DNA of 64,000 nt from Clostridia bacterium (GCA_045650705.1 JAZRRK010000037.1:12151-76150), one strand, 5' to 3'. Positions 49,050 through 59,468 are shown, counted from the first letter of the stretch. Notes: generated by a model not told the origin, from the sequence alone. Translations and numbers: made by a program.

Positions 49050-50162
49050 TTACCTTTCATTCTTTCCCTCTTCAACCTTACTCTTAAAAGTTTCATTATA
49101 TATTTCTTGAACAACTTCATTTTTCATTATATTGTCATCTAGCTTAATTTCATCTTTAAAAGATTTTTGTACTGTAGTAGTAGTTGTTGTTGTTGGCACT
49201 GGTAAGGCTGGTTGTTTTTTAAATAAGCTCTTAAATGTTTCCCATCTACTAGGATCTCCTGCGCCTCTTTTTGTAAATAAACTTTTAAATGCTTCCCATT
49301 TTGATTGAGTTTGAGTAAGATTTGTATTATTTATATTATTTATATTATTTGTATTATATAATGAGTCTTTCGCATAAGTATAATCATGTATTTTATTTTC
49401 ACTTCTTCTAACTAATCTTTCACAATTATTTATACTTTTATCTAAAGCAGATCTAGTAGTCAAATTATCTATTGCCTCATTATATTTTGGATTATTAAAT
49501 AATTTTTTCAAATTATTTCTTTCTACTTGTCTTTCTCCAACTAATGTTTTATGCTCTCCTTCTAACTTTGCTTTATCTGAGTCTAGTTTAGCTTTATCTG
49601 TAGCATAGTTTGAATCTGCTGGATCTAACTTCGATAACTTTGCATCAATATCTTTAATTTCACTTTCTTTTTTATTGATTTCAAAAGATTTATTTTCAAT
49701 TGTATTAACAATCACAGTAGCTTGGGGATGTTTTCCTATCATATTCTTTAATTGTTCTAAATTTGCTTTCTTTTCTTCTTGCTCTTTCTTTTGAGTTTCA
49801 AATTTTTTAATTTGTCTTTCTGTTTTTATATCTATAGCTCTACTACATTGTTCTTTAACTTCTGGCATTGCTTTTACATATTCTATCACATTATCAATAT
49901 CTTCTTTATTTCTTTCTAGTAAATTTTTTACCATTTCAATTCTAAACTTTATATCGTTTAATTCTGTTATTGCATTATTTAGATCTGTTTGATATCTCTT
50001 CTTTTCTGAATTTGTTTTTGCTGTTTTTAGGTTGTTTTCTGCTGTTTCTTTATTCTTTTCTGCTACTTCTAAATCTTTTTCTTCTTTTTCTAGATTTGTT
50101 TTATATTTTGTTGTTGCATTTTTAAGTCTTAGATATTCATTATTTAAATCCTCTAAATTCAT
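49050..50162 (-). CDS. Coiled-coil protein, unknown function.
   Basis: 370 aa, K/E/N-rich heptad-like sequence, internal duplication WEAFKSLFTKR / WETFKSLFKKQ, poly-Thr run. Followed by terminator 48962-49004. Confidence 0.55.
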   Translation of the reverse strand: MNLEDLNNEYLRLKNATTKYKTNLEKEEKDLEVAEKNKETAENNLKTAKTNSEKKRYQTDLNNAITELNDIKFRIEMVKNLLERNKEDIDNVIEYVKAMPEVKEQCSRAIDIKTERQIKKFETQKKEQEEKKANLEQLKNMIGKHPQATVIVNTIENKSFEINKKESEIKDIDAKLSKLDPADSNYATDKAKLDSDKAKLEGEHKTLVGERQVERNNLKKLFNNPKYNEAIDNLTTRSALDKSINNCERLVRRSENKIHDYTYAKDSLYNTNNINNINNTNLTQTQSKWEAFKSLFTKRGAGDPSRWETFKSLFKKQPALPVPTTTTTTTVQKSFKDEIKLDDNIMKNEVVQEIYNETFKSKVEEGKNER

Positions 50163-50163
50163 A

Positions 50164-50307
50164 TTATTCCTCCTCTACTTTCTTTATTTCCATTTCGCAT
50201 CTTTCTATTAAGTCGTCTGCTTTTTCAATCAATTCCTCTGATTCATATTTTAAATCTAAAATCTTATTAAATACTTCTAATGTTTCTCTTTTTTCTTTTT
50301 CGTCCAT
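50164..50307 (-). CDS. 47-codon acidic helical ORF coupled to the coiled-coil gene.
   Basis: AGGAGGTATAATT-ATG at 50307. Its stop lies 1 nt before the ATG of 49050..50162. MDEKEKRETLEVFNKILDLKYESEELIEKADDLIERCEMEIKKVEEE. Confidence 0.4.
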   Translation of the reverse strand: MDEKEKRETLEVFNKILDLKYESEELIEKADDLIERCEMEIKKVEEE

Positions 50308-50387
50308 AATTATACCTCCTATTTATAGATATACCTATTTAATATTTTAGCATATATTCTCATTTTTTGCAAACTTTTGTCATAAAT

Positions 50388-51083
50388 TTATTCAAAAAGA
50401 TTGAATCCCATATGTTTTTGTAATTCTACATCTATTGTTTTTCTTACATACAAGTTATTAGCACTACAATATTTCTTTATTGCCTCTTCTGTTGCTGAAC
50501 CGAATTTTCCATTTGGAGTACCAGTAAAAAGTCCTAATTTTTTTAACCTTTTCTGTATTTCCAATACATCTGAACCATACATTCCTGATTTTAAAATTCT
50601 AAAACCCTTACCAAATGCTCCATAGGGTCCATCTATTATAGTTACTTTTGTTCCTATTGGTATGATTTTATATAGTTCGGCTACCTCACTATTTTCCATT
50701 CTTATGCAACCATGTGAACTTGCCCAACCGAGTGACCCTTGCTCTAAAGTTCCATGTATACCAAATTGTCCCCATGGTACATTTAATCCCATCCAACTTC
50801 CTCCAAACCCTTCTCCCCATTTAGCTTTGGATATTATTGTCCATGTTCCTATTGGGGATGGGGTTGACCACTTTCCTCCTGAGCATTTATATGTTTTTAT
50901 TAATTCATTGTCTTGAAATAAATATAGTTTGGATTCTTCAACATCTACAAGTATTTTATATTCTGAATTTCTAGAACTTGTTTGTATTGATATGTTCTCC
51001 TGTGGTTTATGCATACTTAAAATTATTCCAAACATTAATAATATTCCTATTATAATTATTTTATTCTTTTTAAAAATTATCAT
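50388..51083 (-). CDS. L,D-transpeptidase (YkuD) with a C-terminal peptidoglycan-binding domain.
   Basis: Catalytic motif SSHGCIRM. C-terminal ..DVLEIQKRLKKLGLFTGTPNGKFGSATEEAIKKY (PG_binding_1-like). Confidence 0.88.
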   Translation of the reverse strand: MIIFKKNKIIIIGILLMFGIILSMHKPQENISIQTSSRNSEYKILVDVEESKLYLFQDNELIKTYKCSGGKWSTPSPIGTWTIISKAKWGEGFGGSWMGLNVPWGQFGIHGTLEQGSLGWASSHGCIRMENSEVAELYKIIPIGTKVTIIDGPYGAFGKGFRILKSGMYGSDVLEIQKRLKKLGLFTGTPNGKFGSATEEAIKKYCSANNLYVRKTIDVELQKHMGFNLFE

Positions 51084-51137
51084 AATAGTAATTTTATTCG
51101 TATTTGTTTTATTTAAGAACTCATATCTTATTTATAT

Positions 51138-51316
51138 ACTCACTCTCGCGATTAAATAATATAAATTGAAAACGAGGTCGACCCTTGAGTAGCCGGAGGC
51201 GTGCAATTATAATTACAATAATAGTTCTCGTAATAGTCAATTAGAAGAAGAACGTTAATAAACCGCGGATGGAGACCGCAAGTTAAAATTTATATTATTT
51301 AATCGCGAGAGTGAGT
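51138..51316 (-). repeat. Palindrome-armed GC-core element, copy 3 (inverted orientation).
   Basis: 30/30 complementary arms actcactctcgcgattaaataatataaatt / aatttatattatttaatcgcgagagtgagt. The core is the reverse complement of copies 1, 2 and 4. Confidence 0.9.
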
Positions 51317-51353
51317 TTTTAGCAAAAAATACGTCCCATTGGGACGCATTTTA

Positions 51354-53102
51354 TTAGTCTACATATTTTTCTCTTTTCTTATATGTTGTGTGTAATAATT
51401 CATGTGCTTTGTGACTTCCTGGTTTTTCTAGATATTCTTTATATAGTTTTTTGATTGCTGGGTTTTCATGTGATTTTCTTATAGTGCTCTTTTCATCTAT
51501 TGTATAAAGTGCCTCTGCTCTCTTTGCTCTTACATCTATATCATTTCTTATTTTTGAGCTTACTATTGGTTGACCACCACCCATTACGCATCCTCCTGGA
51601 CATGCCATTATTTCTACAAATTGATAGTCTGCTTTTCCTGCTTTTATTTCTTCTAATATGCTTTGAGCATTTGCTAATCCATGTGCTACTGCAACTTTCA
51701 CTTCTGTCTCTCCTATTTTTACAGTAGATTTCTTTACACCTTTTTTACCTCTAACTTCTTCAAAGTCTAGTTTTGCTAATTCTTTTCCTGTTATTGTTTC
51801 GTATGCAGTTCTTAATGCTGCTTCCATTACTCCACCTGTTGTTCCAAATATTGCTCCTGCTCCTGTTGCCTCTCCCATTGGATCATCGAATTCTGAATCC
51901 TCTAATGTTTTAAAGTCTATATTTGCTTGTTTTATCATTCTTGCAAGCTCACGTGTTGTTATAACACTATCTACATTTTCTAATTCATCGTTTTTCATTT
52001 CTTCTCTTGTTTTTTCAAATTTCTTAGCTACACATGGCATTACTGATACTACATACATTTTTTTAGGGTCTATTCCTTCTTTTTCTGCATAGTATGATTT
52101 TAATATTGCTCCAAACATTTGGTGTGGTGATTTACAGCTAGATAAATGTTCTATTTGGTCTGGATAATTCATTTCAATATATCTTATCCATCCTGGGCTA
52201 CATGATGTTATCATTGGTAATATTCCACCATTTTGTAATCTTTCTATTAATTCATTTGCTTCTTCCATTATTGTTAAATCTGCTGCTGTGTTTGTATCAA
52301 ATATTTTATCAAACCCTATTCTCTTTAATGCTGTTACCATTTTACCTGTTACTGATGTTCCTATTGGATATCCAAATTCTTCACCTAATGCTGCTCTTAC
52401 TGCTGGTGCTGTTTGAACAACAACATAAGTATCTTTATCTCTTATTTTTCTCCATACAGTTTGGGTTTCGTCTTTTTCTTTTAAAGCACCTACTGGACAT
52501 GCATTTATACATTGTCCACAAAATGTACAGTTTACATTATTTAAACTTTCATCATTTTCTGCAGCAATTCTTGACTCAAATCCACGTCCAGCAACATCTA
52601 TTGCTGATACTTTTTGTATATTCTTACATGCTGCTACACATCTTTTACACATTATACATTTACTATTATCTCTGACAATTGATGGTGATAGTTCATCTAT
52701 TGTTGGTTCCACTTTTTGGCCTTCATATTCTATATTTGTTACTCCAAATTTTTCAGATAGTGTCTGTAATTCACAGTTTCCGTTTCTTACACAAGTTAAA
52801 CAATCTCTGTTATGTGTTGATAATATTAAATCTAACATTATTCTTCTTGAATCATTTAGCTCTGGTGTGTCTGTTTTTACATTCATTCCATCTTCAGCTT
52901 GGGTTATGCATGATGGAACAAATCCCCTTCTTCCTTCTATCTCTACTATACACATTCTGCAGTCTCCTGCAGCATTTATTTCTTTCAAGAAACATAGTGT
53001 TGGAATATTTATATTTGCTTTTCTTGCTGCTTGTAATACGGTAGTTCCTCTCTCTACTTCTACCTCTTTACCGTCTATTGTTAGTTTTATTAATTCTGCC
53101 AT
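51354..53102 (-). CDS. hydA: [FeFe]-hydrogenase catalytic subunit.
   Basis: 582 aa. N-terminal 2Fe-2S and 4Fe-4S domains. H-cluster motifs TSCSPGW, MPCVAKKFE, ACPGGCVMGGGQP. Confidence 0.93.
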   Translation of the reverse strand: MAELIKLTIDGKEVEVERGTTVLQAARKANINIPTLCFLKEINAAGDCRMCIVEIEGRRGFVPSCITQAEDGMNVKTDTPELNDSRRIMLDLILSTHNRDCLTCVRNGNCELQTLSEKFGVTNIEYEGQKVEPTIDELSPSIVRDNSKCIMCKRCVAACKNIQKVSAIDVAGRGFESRIAAENDESLNNVNCTFCGQCINACPVGALKEKDETQTVWRKIRDKDTYVVVQTAPAVRAALGEEFGYPIGTSVTGKMVTALKRIGFDKIFDTNTAADLTIMEEANELIERLQNGGILPMITSCSPGWIRYIEMNYPDQIEHLSSCKSPHQMFGAILKSYYAEKEGIDPKKMYVVSVMPCVAKKFEKTREEMKNDELENVDSVITTRELARMIKQANIDFKTLEDSEFDDPMGEATGAGAIFGTTGGVMEAALRTAYETITGKELAKLDFEEVRGKKGVKKSTVKIGETEVKVAVAHGLANAQSILEEIKAGKADYQFVEIMACPGGCVMGGGQPIVSSKIRNDIDVRAKRAEALYTIDEKSTIRKSHENPAIKKLYKEYLEKPGSHKAHELLHTTYKKREKYVD

Positions 53103-53138
53103 TTTATTATTTCACTCCTCTTATTAATTATTTTATTG

Positions 53139-53198
53139 AGTCGAAGCAAAAGTGGTATATGCTCAGGAAAGATGCAAGATGCCGCTTTTCATTCGACT
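53139..53198 (-). repeat. Intercistronic hairpin between hydB and hydA.
   Basis: agtcgaagcaaaagtgg pairs with ccgcttttcattcgact (7 bp, a 2-nt mismatch, 8 bp) around a 26-nt loop. Confidence 0.55.
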
Positions 53199-53203
53199 AG
53201 GCA

Positions 53204-55057
53204 TTAAATAGCTTTGAAGTGGCACTTACTAGCGCACAATCCACATTTAATACATTTTTCTGTATCTATTTTAAATCCTTCTTCTCTATTACCAACAATT
53301 GCTCCTACAGGACATTGTTTAGCACATAATCCACATCTCTTACATTTTTCTGAATTTATTTGCATTTTCTTTAATGCTTTACATTCTCCTGCTGGACAAT
53401 TTTTGTTTTCAATGTGTTCTATGTATTCGTTTTTGAAATAATGTAATGTGCTTAATACTGGATTTGGAGCTGTTTGACCTAGTCCACATACAGATGTCAT
53501 TTTTATAGTTTGGGCTAATTTTTCAAGTTTTTCTATATCTCCCTCTTCACCTTTTCCTTCTGTAATTCTTTCTAACATTTCAAGCATTCTTTTTGTACCT
53601 ATTCTACAAGGTGTACATTTTCCACAGCTTTCATCTACTGTAAATCCTAAGTAGAATTTTGCTAAGTTTACCATACATTTAGAATCATCCATTACTATTA
53701 ATCCACCAGACCCCATCATTGAACCTATTTTTGCTAATGATTCATAATCTATTGGTGTATCTAAATGTTCTTCTGGTATACATCCTCCTGAAGGTCCTCC
53801 TGTTTGTGCAGCTTTAAATTCTCTACCATTTGGAATTCCTCCGCCTATATCAAATACGATTTCTCTTAAAGTTGTTCCCATTGGAACTTCTACTAATCCT
53901 ACATTTACAACATTTCCACCTAATGCAAATACCTTTGTTCCTTTTGAAGTTTCAGTTCCTATGTTTGAATACCATTTTGCTCCATTTAAAATAATTTTTG
54001 TTATGTTTGCATATGTTTCAACATTGTTTATTAATGTTGGCTTCATAAATAGGCCTGCATTTGCTGGAAATGGTGGTTTTAAACGTGGGCGTCCACTTTT
54101 TCCTTCTATTGATTCTAGTAATGCTGTTTCTTCTCCACATACAAATGCTCCTGCGCCTAAACGTATTTCTAGGTCAAATTCAAAATCTGTTCCGAATATA
54201 TTTTTACCTAATATTCCATATTCTTTTGCTTGGTCTATAGCTGTTTGGAATCTATGTACTGCTATAGGATATTCTGCTCTAACGTAGATGTATCCTTTAT
54301 TTGCTCCTATTGCATATCCTGCAATCATCATTGCTTCTACAATACAATGTGGGTCACCTTCTAATATACTTCTATCCATAAATGCGCCTGGATCTCCCTC
54401 ATCTGCATTACATACTACATATTTTTGAGTTCCTTTTGCTATTCTTGTAAATTCCCATTTCTTACCTGTTGGGAATCCTGCTCCACCTCTTCCACGAAGC
54501 CCTGAATCTAAAACTTCTCTTATAACATCCTCTGGTTTCATTTCTAACAATACCTTTTCTAATGCTTTATATCCATCAAATGCAATATATTCATCAATAT
54601 TTTCTGGATCTATTATCCCACAGTTTTGAAGTGCAATTCTCTTTTGCTTTTTATAGAAGTTTAATTCATCTAATCTCTTTACTGTAGTTTCATCTATATC
54701 TTTACATAGTAATCTTTCTACAATTTTTCCTTCTACTATATGTGTGTTAATAATTTCTTCACAATCTTCTGGTGTACAATGTGCATAAAACACATCTTCT
54801 GGTCTGATTATTACTATTGGGCCTTTTGCACAAAGTCCAAAACATCCTGTTTGTATTACTTTTACATTTTCTATATGTTTTTCTTCTAATATTTTTCTAA
54901 ATGTTTCTATTATTTTTGGTGATTTTGAAGATGTACAACCTGTTCCACGACATACTAATATGTGTTTTTCTTTCGTATTTGCTTTTAAATTTACTCTTAA
55001 ATCCAGTTCTGCTCTTTTTGATTCTCTAATTTCATGTATTTCTTGTAAAGATTTCAT
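53204..55057 (-). CDS. hydB: NuoF-like flavoprotein subunit of a bifurcating hydrogenase.
   Basis: 617 aa. GRGGAGFPTGKKW FMN/NADH motif, N-terminal thioredoxin-like 2Fe-2S, C-terminal 2x[4Fe-4S] CxxCxxCxxxCP. Confidence 0.92.
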   Translation of the reverse strand: MKSLQEIHEIRESKRAELDLRVNLKANTKEKHILVCRGTGCTSSKSPKIIETFRKILEEKHIENVKVIQTGCFGLCAKGPIVIIRPEDVFYAHCTPEDCEEIINTHIVEGKIVERLLCKDIDETTVKRLDELNFYKKQKRIALQNCGIIDPENIDEYIAFDGYKALEKVLLEMKPEDVIREVLDSGLRGRGGAGFPTGKKWEFTRIAKGTQKYVVCNADEGDPGAFMDRSILEGDPHCIVEAMMIAGYAIGANKGYIYVRAEYPIAVHRFQTAIDQAKEYGILGKNIFGTDFEFDLEIRLGAGAFVCGEETALLESIEGKSGRPRLKPPFPANAGLFMKPTLINNVETYANITKIILNGAKWYSNIGTETSKGTKVFALGGNVVNVGLVEVPMGTTLREIVFDIGGGIPNGREFKAAQTGGPSGGCIPEEHLDTPIDYESLAKIGSMMGSGGLIVMDDSKCMVNLAKFYLGFTVDESCGKCTPCRIGTKRMLEMLERITEGKGEEGDIEKLEKLAQTIKMTSVCGLGQTAPNPVLSTLHYFKNEYIEHIENKNCPAGECKALKKMQINSEKCKRCGLCAKQCPVGAIVGNREEGFKIDTEKCIKCGLCASKCHFKAI

Positions 55058-55191
55058 AAATACACGTCCTTTCTATAATCTAAAGCCCCTTTAATAAGGG
55101 GGCTGTCGCGAAGCGACTGGGGTTCTTTAACTAATTAATAAAGAACCTTCCGTCAGACCTTCGGTCTGCCACCTCCCTTATTAAGGGAGGT
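55058..55191 (-). repeat. Array of five GC-rich hairpins filling the hydC-hydB spacer. It includes the repeat unit 55082-55126.
   Basis: gcccctt-taat-aaggggc; gtcgc-gaa-gcgac; ggttcttta-actaatt-aataaagaacc; cagacc-ttcg-ggtctg; cctccctt-atta-agggagg. Confidence 0.8.
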
Positions 55192-55686
55192 CTATTCAAT
55201 CTTTGATTTATATTCCTCAATAACTCTATCTAATAACTCCGGAGTTGCATTACCATATACTTCATCATTTACTGTGAATACAGGAGCTAAACCACATGCA
55301 CCAATACATCTCGTTGCTTCTATTGAAAATTTTCCATCTGGTGTTGTCTCTCCAACATCTATACCCAATTTTTCTTTTAGTCTATCTAATACTTGTTCTG
55401 AACCTTTTACAAAGCAGGCAGTTCCTAAACATACTGCTACATTGTATTTTCCCTTTGGTTTTAAAGTAAATCTTGAGTAAAATGTTATTACTCCATAAAC
55501 TTCTGCCATTGTTAGACCTAAATGCTCTGAAATAGCTAGCTGTGCATGTTTTGGTATATAACCATAAGCTTCTTGTACTTCGTTTAATACTTGAATTAAA
55601 TTACTTTTATCTTTTTCATATTTAGATAGGACCTCTTCAATCTTCTCATCTTTGTGGTTTGCTCCACAATTACAATTACAATCCAT
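55192..55686 (-). CDS. hydC: NuoE-like 2Fe-2S subunit of a bifurcating hydrogenase.
   Basis: I place the start at ATG 55686 (MDCNCNCG) behind AGGAGGAAACC. Cys motif CLGTAC..CIGACGLAP. Confidence 0.9.
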   Translation of the reverse strand: MDCNCNCGANHKDEKIEEVLSKYEKDKSNLIQVLNEVQEAYGYIPKHAQLAISEHLGLTMAEVYGVITFYSRFTLKPKGKYNVAVCLGTACFVKGSEQVLDRLKEKLGIDVGETTPDGKFSIEATRCIGACGLAPVFTVNDEVYGNATPELLDRVIEEYKSKIE

Positions 55687-55817
55687 ATGGTTTCCTCCTA
55701 TTTTTATTTTACTACATATACTATTATAATATATATTTTTTAAATATACATCACTTTTTATAAAAAATTTCTTAATAATCATATAAAATTAAAAGGCAAC
55801 TTTCGTTACCTACTAAC

Positions 55818-57053
55818 TTAAATTACTATTTTTAATAATTGCATTATTTCAAAAAAGTAATGCAATACACCTTTTTTCTCTATTGTTTCTTTTGTCTTTA
55901 TTGATATTTCATCTATTATCATATCTCCCTTTCTTACTATTATCTTTCCAACTTCTGTATCTGCTAAAACTGGTGCTTCAAATTCTATTATTGCAGTTGA
56001 ATCTAATGTTATGTTCTCATTTTCTTTCAATGGATACATTATGTATCTTTCATTTTCTATGTATATTTCTGGTTGCCTTGTTACGCCTTTCTCTACTCTT
56101 ATTCTCTTTTCATTTGTGTTACACCAAGCTTCGTATTCACTTGCAACTAATTCCTCTATATTAACTAATTTATAATTTTTATATGCATATTCTATAAGTT
56201 TTATAGAATCCTGTGTCCTTATTTTTCTTGTATCTGCACCTAGTACAACTGTTATTATTTCGAATCCATCTCTATTAGTTGATGTTACTAAACATCTGCC
56301 AGCTTTACTTGTATATCCTGTTTTTACTCCATTTACTCCATCTAAATATCCTAAAAGCTCATTTGTATTTGATATTGTTTTTGGATATCCGTTTATTGTT
56401 ACTGTATATTGCTTAGTATTTACTACTTCTGATATTTTTGGATTATTAAGTGCATTATCTGTAATTATTGCTAATTCTAATGCAGTTGTATAATGGTTAT
56501 CTCTATCTAGTCCATGTGGAGTTATAAAGTGGGTATTTTGTAATCCCAATTGCTCTGCTTTGTTGTTCATAAGCTCTGCAAAATTTTCTACACTCCCTGA
56601 TACACTTATGGCTATTTGAACTGCTGCATCATTCCCTGAACATAGCATTAGTCCATATAACAAATCATTGTATGTTATTTTATCTCCTGTATGTAAACCT
56701 AATCTTGAACCTATAGTATTCGCTGCTTCTTTATCCACAATTACTTCTTCGTTCAATCGGTCTATTCCTATTTGTTCTAACATTACTATTGATGTCATTA
56801 TTTTAGTTGTACTTGCCATTGGCACAGGAGTATTTTCATCTTTTCCCCATAGTACAGTTCCAGAAGACCTATCATATATTACGGCATATCTTGATAATAT
56901 TGATGGTTCTTCATCTTTTTGAGATTCTTGTAATGCTTCATCTAGCCATGTGTAATCCCATGCATCTGGATCTTCTTCTTGAGCAAAACTAGTAACATTA
57001 AAACTAAGTATTATAGTTAATAATATTATTACTAAAAACTTTTTTATTTTCAT
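55818..57053 (-). CDS. D-alanyl-D-alanine carboxypeptidase (PBP5 type).
   Basis: SxxK (ASTTK), SxN (CSGND) and KTG (VKTGYT) motifs, plus a signal peptide. I place the start at ATG 57053 behind AAGGTGA. Confidence 0.9.
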   Translation of the reverse strand: MKIKKFLVIILLTIILSFNVTSFAQEEDPDAWDYTWLDEALQESQKDEEPSILSRYAVIYDRSSGTVLWGKDENTPVPMASTTKIMTSIVMLEQIGIDRLNEEVIVDKEAANTIGSRLGLHTGDKITYNDLLYGLMLCSGNDAAVQIAISVSGSVENFAELMNNKAEQLGLQNTHFITPHGLDRDNHYTTALELAIITDNALNNPKISEVVNTKQYTVTINGYPKTISNTNELLGYLDGVNGVKTGYTSKAGRCLVTSTNRDGFEIITVVLGADTRKIRTQDSIKLIEYAYKNYKLVNIEELVASEYEAWCNTNEKRIRVEKGVTRQPEIYIENERYIMYPLKENENITLDSTAIIEFEAPVLADTEVGKIIVRKGDMIIDEISIKTKETIEKKGVLHYFFEIMQLLKIVI

Positions 57054-57101
57054 TTTTGAAATCACCTTGTATATGTATATTCTGTTTTTTTAATCTTTAT
57101 G

Positions 57102-57278
57102 TTAGCCTAAACCTTACTTAATATAGATTTTAACTTGCGGTCTCCAGACGCGGTTTATTGCCTACTTTTCTTTAATTTAATACTACGATAACTACTATTG
57201 GAATAATAACTGCACGCCTACCGGCTACTCATGGGGTCGACCTCGTTTGCAATCTATATTAATTAAAGTTTAGGCTAA
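57102..57278 (+). repeat. Palindrome-armed GC-core element, copy 4.
   Basis: Arms ttagcctaaaccttacttaatatagatt / aatctatattaattaaagtttaggctaa (26 of 28 paired). The core carries a few substitutions (CCAGACGCGG, CCTACCGG). Confidence 0.88.
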
Positions 57279-57401
57279 TAATGTATTTATAAAAAGTTTA
57301 TCATAATGAATTTTTTTATTCAATATTTTTTCCATTTTCTGTTTACAAATTTTAAAAAAGGTTATATTATATTGTATATTAATATGGAAGGTGGTTTGTT
57401 T

Positions 57402-58805
57402 ATGAATGAAACTGAAAAGTTAAAGGATTTTTTATTTGATAATAAAAAATATGGTTGGGATTCTTTATCTGATGAATCTAAACAAGATATAAGTAAGTTT
57501 AGTGATGAATTTATTCATTTTCTTAATAAAAGTAAAACTGAAAGAGAAGCAACTGAATTTATCGTAGAGATTTTACAAAAAAATGGTTTTGTCGATTTAA
57601 AAGATAAAATGATTTTAGTTCCTGGAGATAGAATTTACTATGTTAATAGAGAAAAATCTGTTTATTGTGCAATTATTGGAGCTAAACCTATTGAAGCCGG
57701 ATTAAATATAATTGGCTCTCATATAGATTCTCCAAGATTAGATTTAAAACCAAATCCTCTTTATGAAGATACCGGTTTTGCATTCTTTAAAACACATTAT
57801 TATGGAGGTATAAAAAAATATCAATGGACTACAATACCTCTAAGTATTCACGGAGTTATAGTTAAAGCTAATGGGGAAAAAATTAAAGTTAATATTGGAG
57901 AAGATGATTCTGATCCTATATTCACTATTACAGACCTTTTGCCTCATTTAGCACAAGAGCAAATGGAAAAGAAATTAAAAGATGGTATTTCTGGAGAAGA
58001 TTTAAATCTATTAATTGGTAGCATTCCTGTAGGGGATGAAAAAATATCTGAAAGAGTTAAATTAAACATATTGAAAATTTTGAATGACAAATATGGCATT
58101 ACAGAAAGAGATTTTGTAAGCTCTGAACTTGAGTTAGTTCCTGCTTTTAAAGCAAGAAGTTTAGGATTTGATAAGAGTATGGTAGCTGGATACGGTCAAG
58201 ATGATAGAGTATGTGCTTATACATCTTTAAGAGCTCTTTTAAATATTGAAAATCCTTCAAAAACTGCTATATGTATCTTTGCGGATAAAGAAGAGATTGG
58301 AAGTATGGGAAATACTGGTATGGAATCACATGTATTTGATACTTTTGTTTCTGAGTTATTAAATAAAACTAATACTAATAGACCTAATCTATTAGACAAA
58401 GTGTTCTGTAATTCTAAAATGCTTTCAGCAGATGTTGATGCTGGTTTAGATCCTATTTATGTTTCTGTATCTGAGAGAAATAATGCTGCATATTTAGGAA
58501 AAGGAATTGGACTTAATAAATATACAGGAGCTCGTGGTAAATCTGGTGCTTCTGATGCAAATGCAGAATATGTTGCTACTATAAGAAATATTTTTGAATC
58601 TAATAATATTTCTTATCAAGTAAGTGAGCTTGGAAAAGTTGATACTGGTGGAGGCGGAACAATTGCCTACATTTTAGCAAATAAAGGTGTAGATGTAATA
58701 GATTGTGGCGTTCCAGTATTATCAATGCATTCTCCTTATGAAGTTACAAGCAAATTTGACATATATGAAGCTTATAAAGCTTATAAGGCATTTTGGAACA
58801 ATTAA
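57402..58805 (+). CDS. M18-family aminopeptidase.
   Basis: I place the start at ATG 57402 (MNETEKL) behind GGAAGGTGG. GSHIDSPRLDLKP, FADKEEIGS and SMHSPYE motifs. Confidence 0.88.
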   Translation: MNETEKLKDFLFDNKKYGWDSLSDESKQDISKFSDEFIHFLNKSKTEREATEFIVEILQKNGFVDLKDKMILVPGDRIYYVNREKSVYCAIIGAKPIEAGLNIIGSHIDSPRLDLKPNPLYEDTGFAFFKTHYYGGIKKYQWTTIPLSIHGVIVKANGEKIKVNIGEDDSDPIFTITDLLPHLAQEQMEKKLKDGISGEDLNLLIGSIPVGDEKISERVKLNILKILNDKYGITERDFVSSELELVPAFKARSLGFDKSMVAGYGQDDRVCAYTSLRALLNIENPSKTAICIFADKEEIGSMGNTGMESHVFDTFVSELLNKTNTNRPNLLDKVFCNSKMLSADVDAGLDPIYVSVSERNNAAYLGKGIGLNKYTGARGKSGASDANAEYVATIRNIFESNNISYQVSELGKVDTGGGGTIAYILANKGVDVIDCGVPVLSMHSPYEVTSKFDIYEAYKAYKAFWNN

Positions 58806-58821
58806 TTATTAAAAAAGTGCA

Positions 58822-58854
58822 AGCTGGGAATTTATTAACTCCCAGCTCTTTTTT
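58822..58854 (+). terminator. Aminopeptidase terminator.
   Basis: Stem agctggga/tcccagct followed by a T-run. Confidence 0.8.
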
Positions 58855-58970
58855 CGGAATGCCCCTTTCGAGACATTCCCTCATATATCAACTAGGCACT
58901 GCCTAGAGGTTTTTATTATAGCACCTTTATTAGTTTTTGTCAAATATTTCCAGTAAATTTATTCAATTAT

Positions 58971-59468
58971 TTATTGTAAATAACTACTTATTTCCTGCAA
59001 TTCTTCGAAATTCTTTTGTCTAAATATTTCATAAGCCACTATCGCTACTGAATTTGATAAGTTTAGTGAACGAAGTGTAGGTCGCATTGGTATTCTAGCT
59101 GTTTTTTCTATATATTTTTTTAATACATCTTCTGGTAAACCTTTGGTTTCCTTGCCAAATAGAACAAATACTTCTTCCATTTTTGAATAGTCTATATCAG
59201 AATAGCAATGTGTCCCTTTTGTTGTTATAAAATACATATTATTTTCTTCTGGTTTATATTTTTCTAAAAATTCTTTAAAATTATTATGTTCTTCTATTTC
59301 TAATTTGTCCCAATAATCTAGCCCCGCTCTTTTTACTTGTTTTTCATCTATACTAAATCCAAGAGGTCTTACTAAATGTAGCTTTGCACCTATTGCTGCA
59401 CAAGTCCTTGCTATATTTCCTGTATTTTGTGGTATCTCTGGTTCAACTAAAACTATGTTTAATTTCAT
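58971..59468 (-). CDS. trmL: tRNA (cytidine/uridine-2'-O)-methyltransferase TrmL (SpoU family).
   Basis: 165 aa. IVLVEPEIPQNTGNIARTCAA.. and C-terminal ..RSLNLSNSVAIVAYE. Confidence 0.88.
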   Translation of the reverse strand: MKLNIVLVEPEIPQNTGNIARTCAAIGAKLHLVRPLGFSIDEKQVKRAGLDYWDKLEIEEHNNFKEFLEKYKPEENNMYFITTKGTHCYSDIDYSKMEEVFVLFGKETKGLPEDVLKKYIEKTARIPMRPTLRSLNLSNSVAIVAYEIFRQKNFEELQEISSYLQ

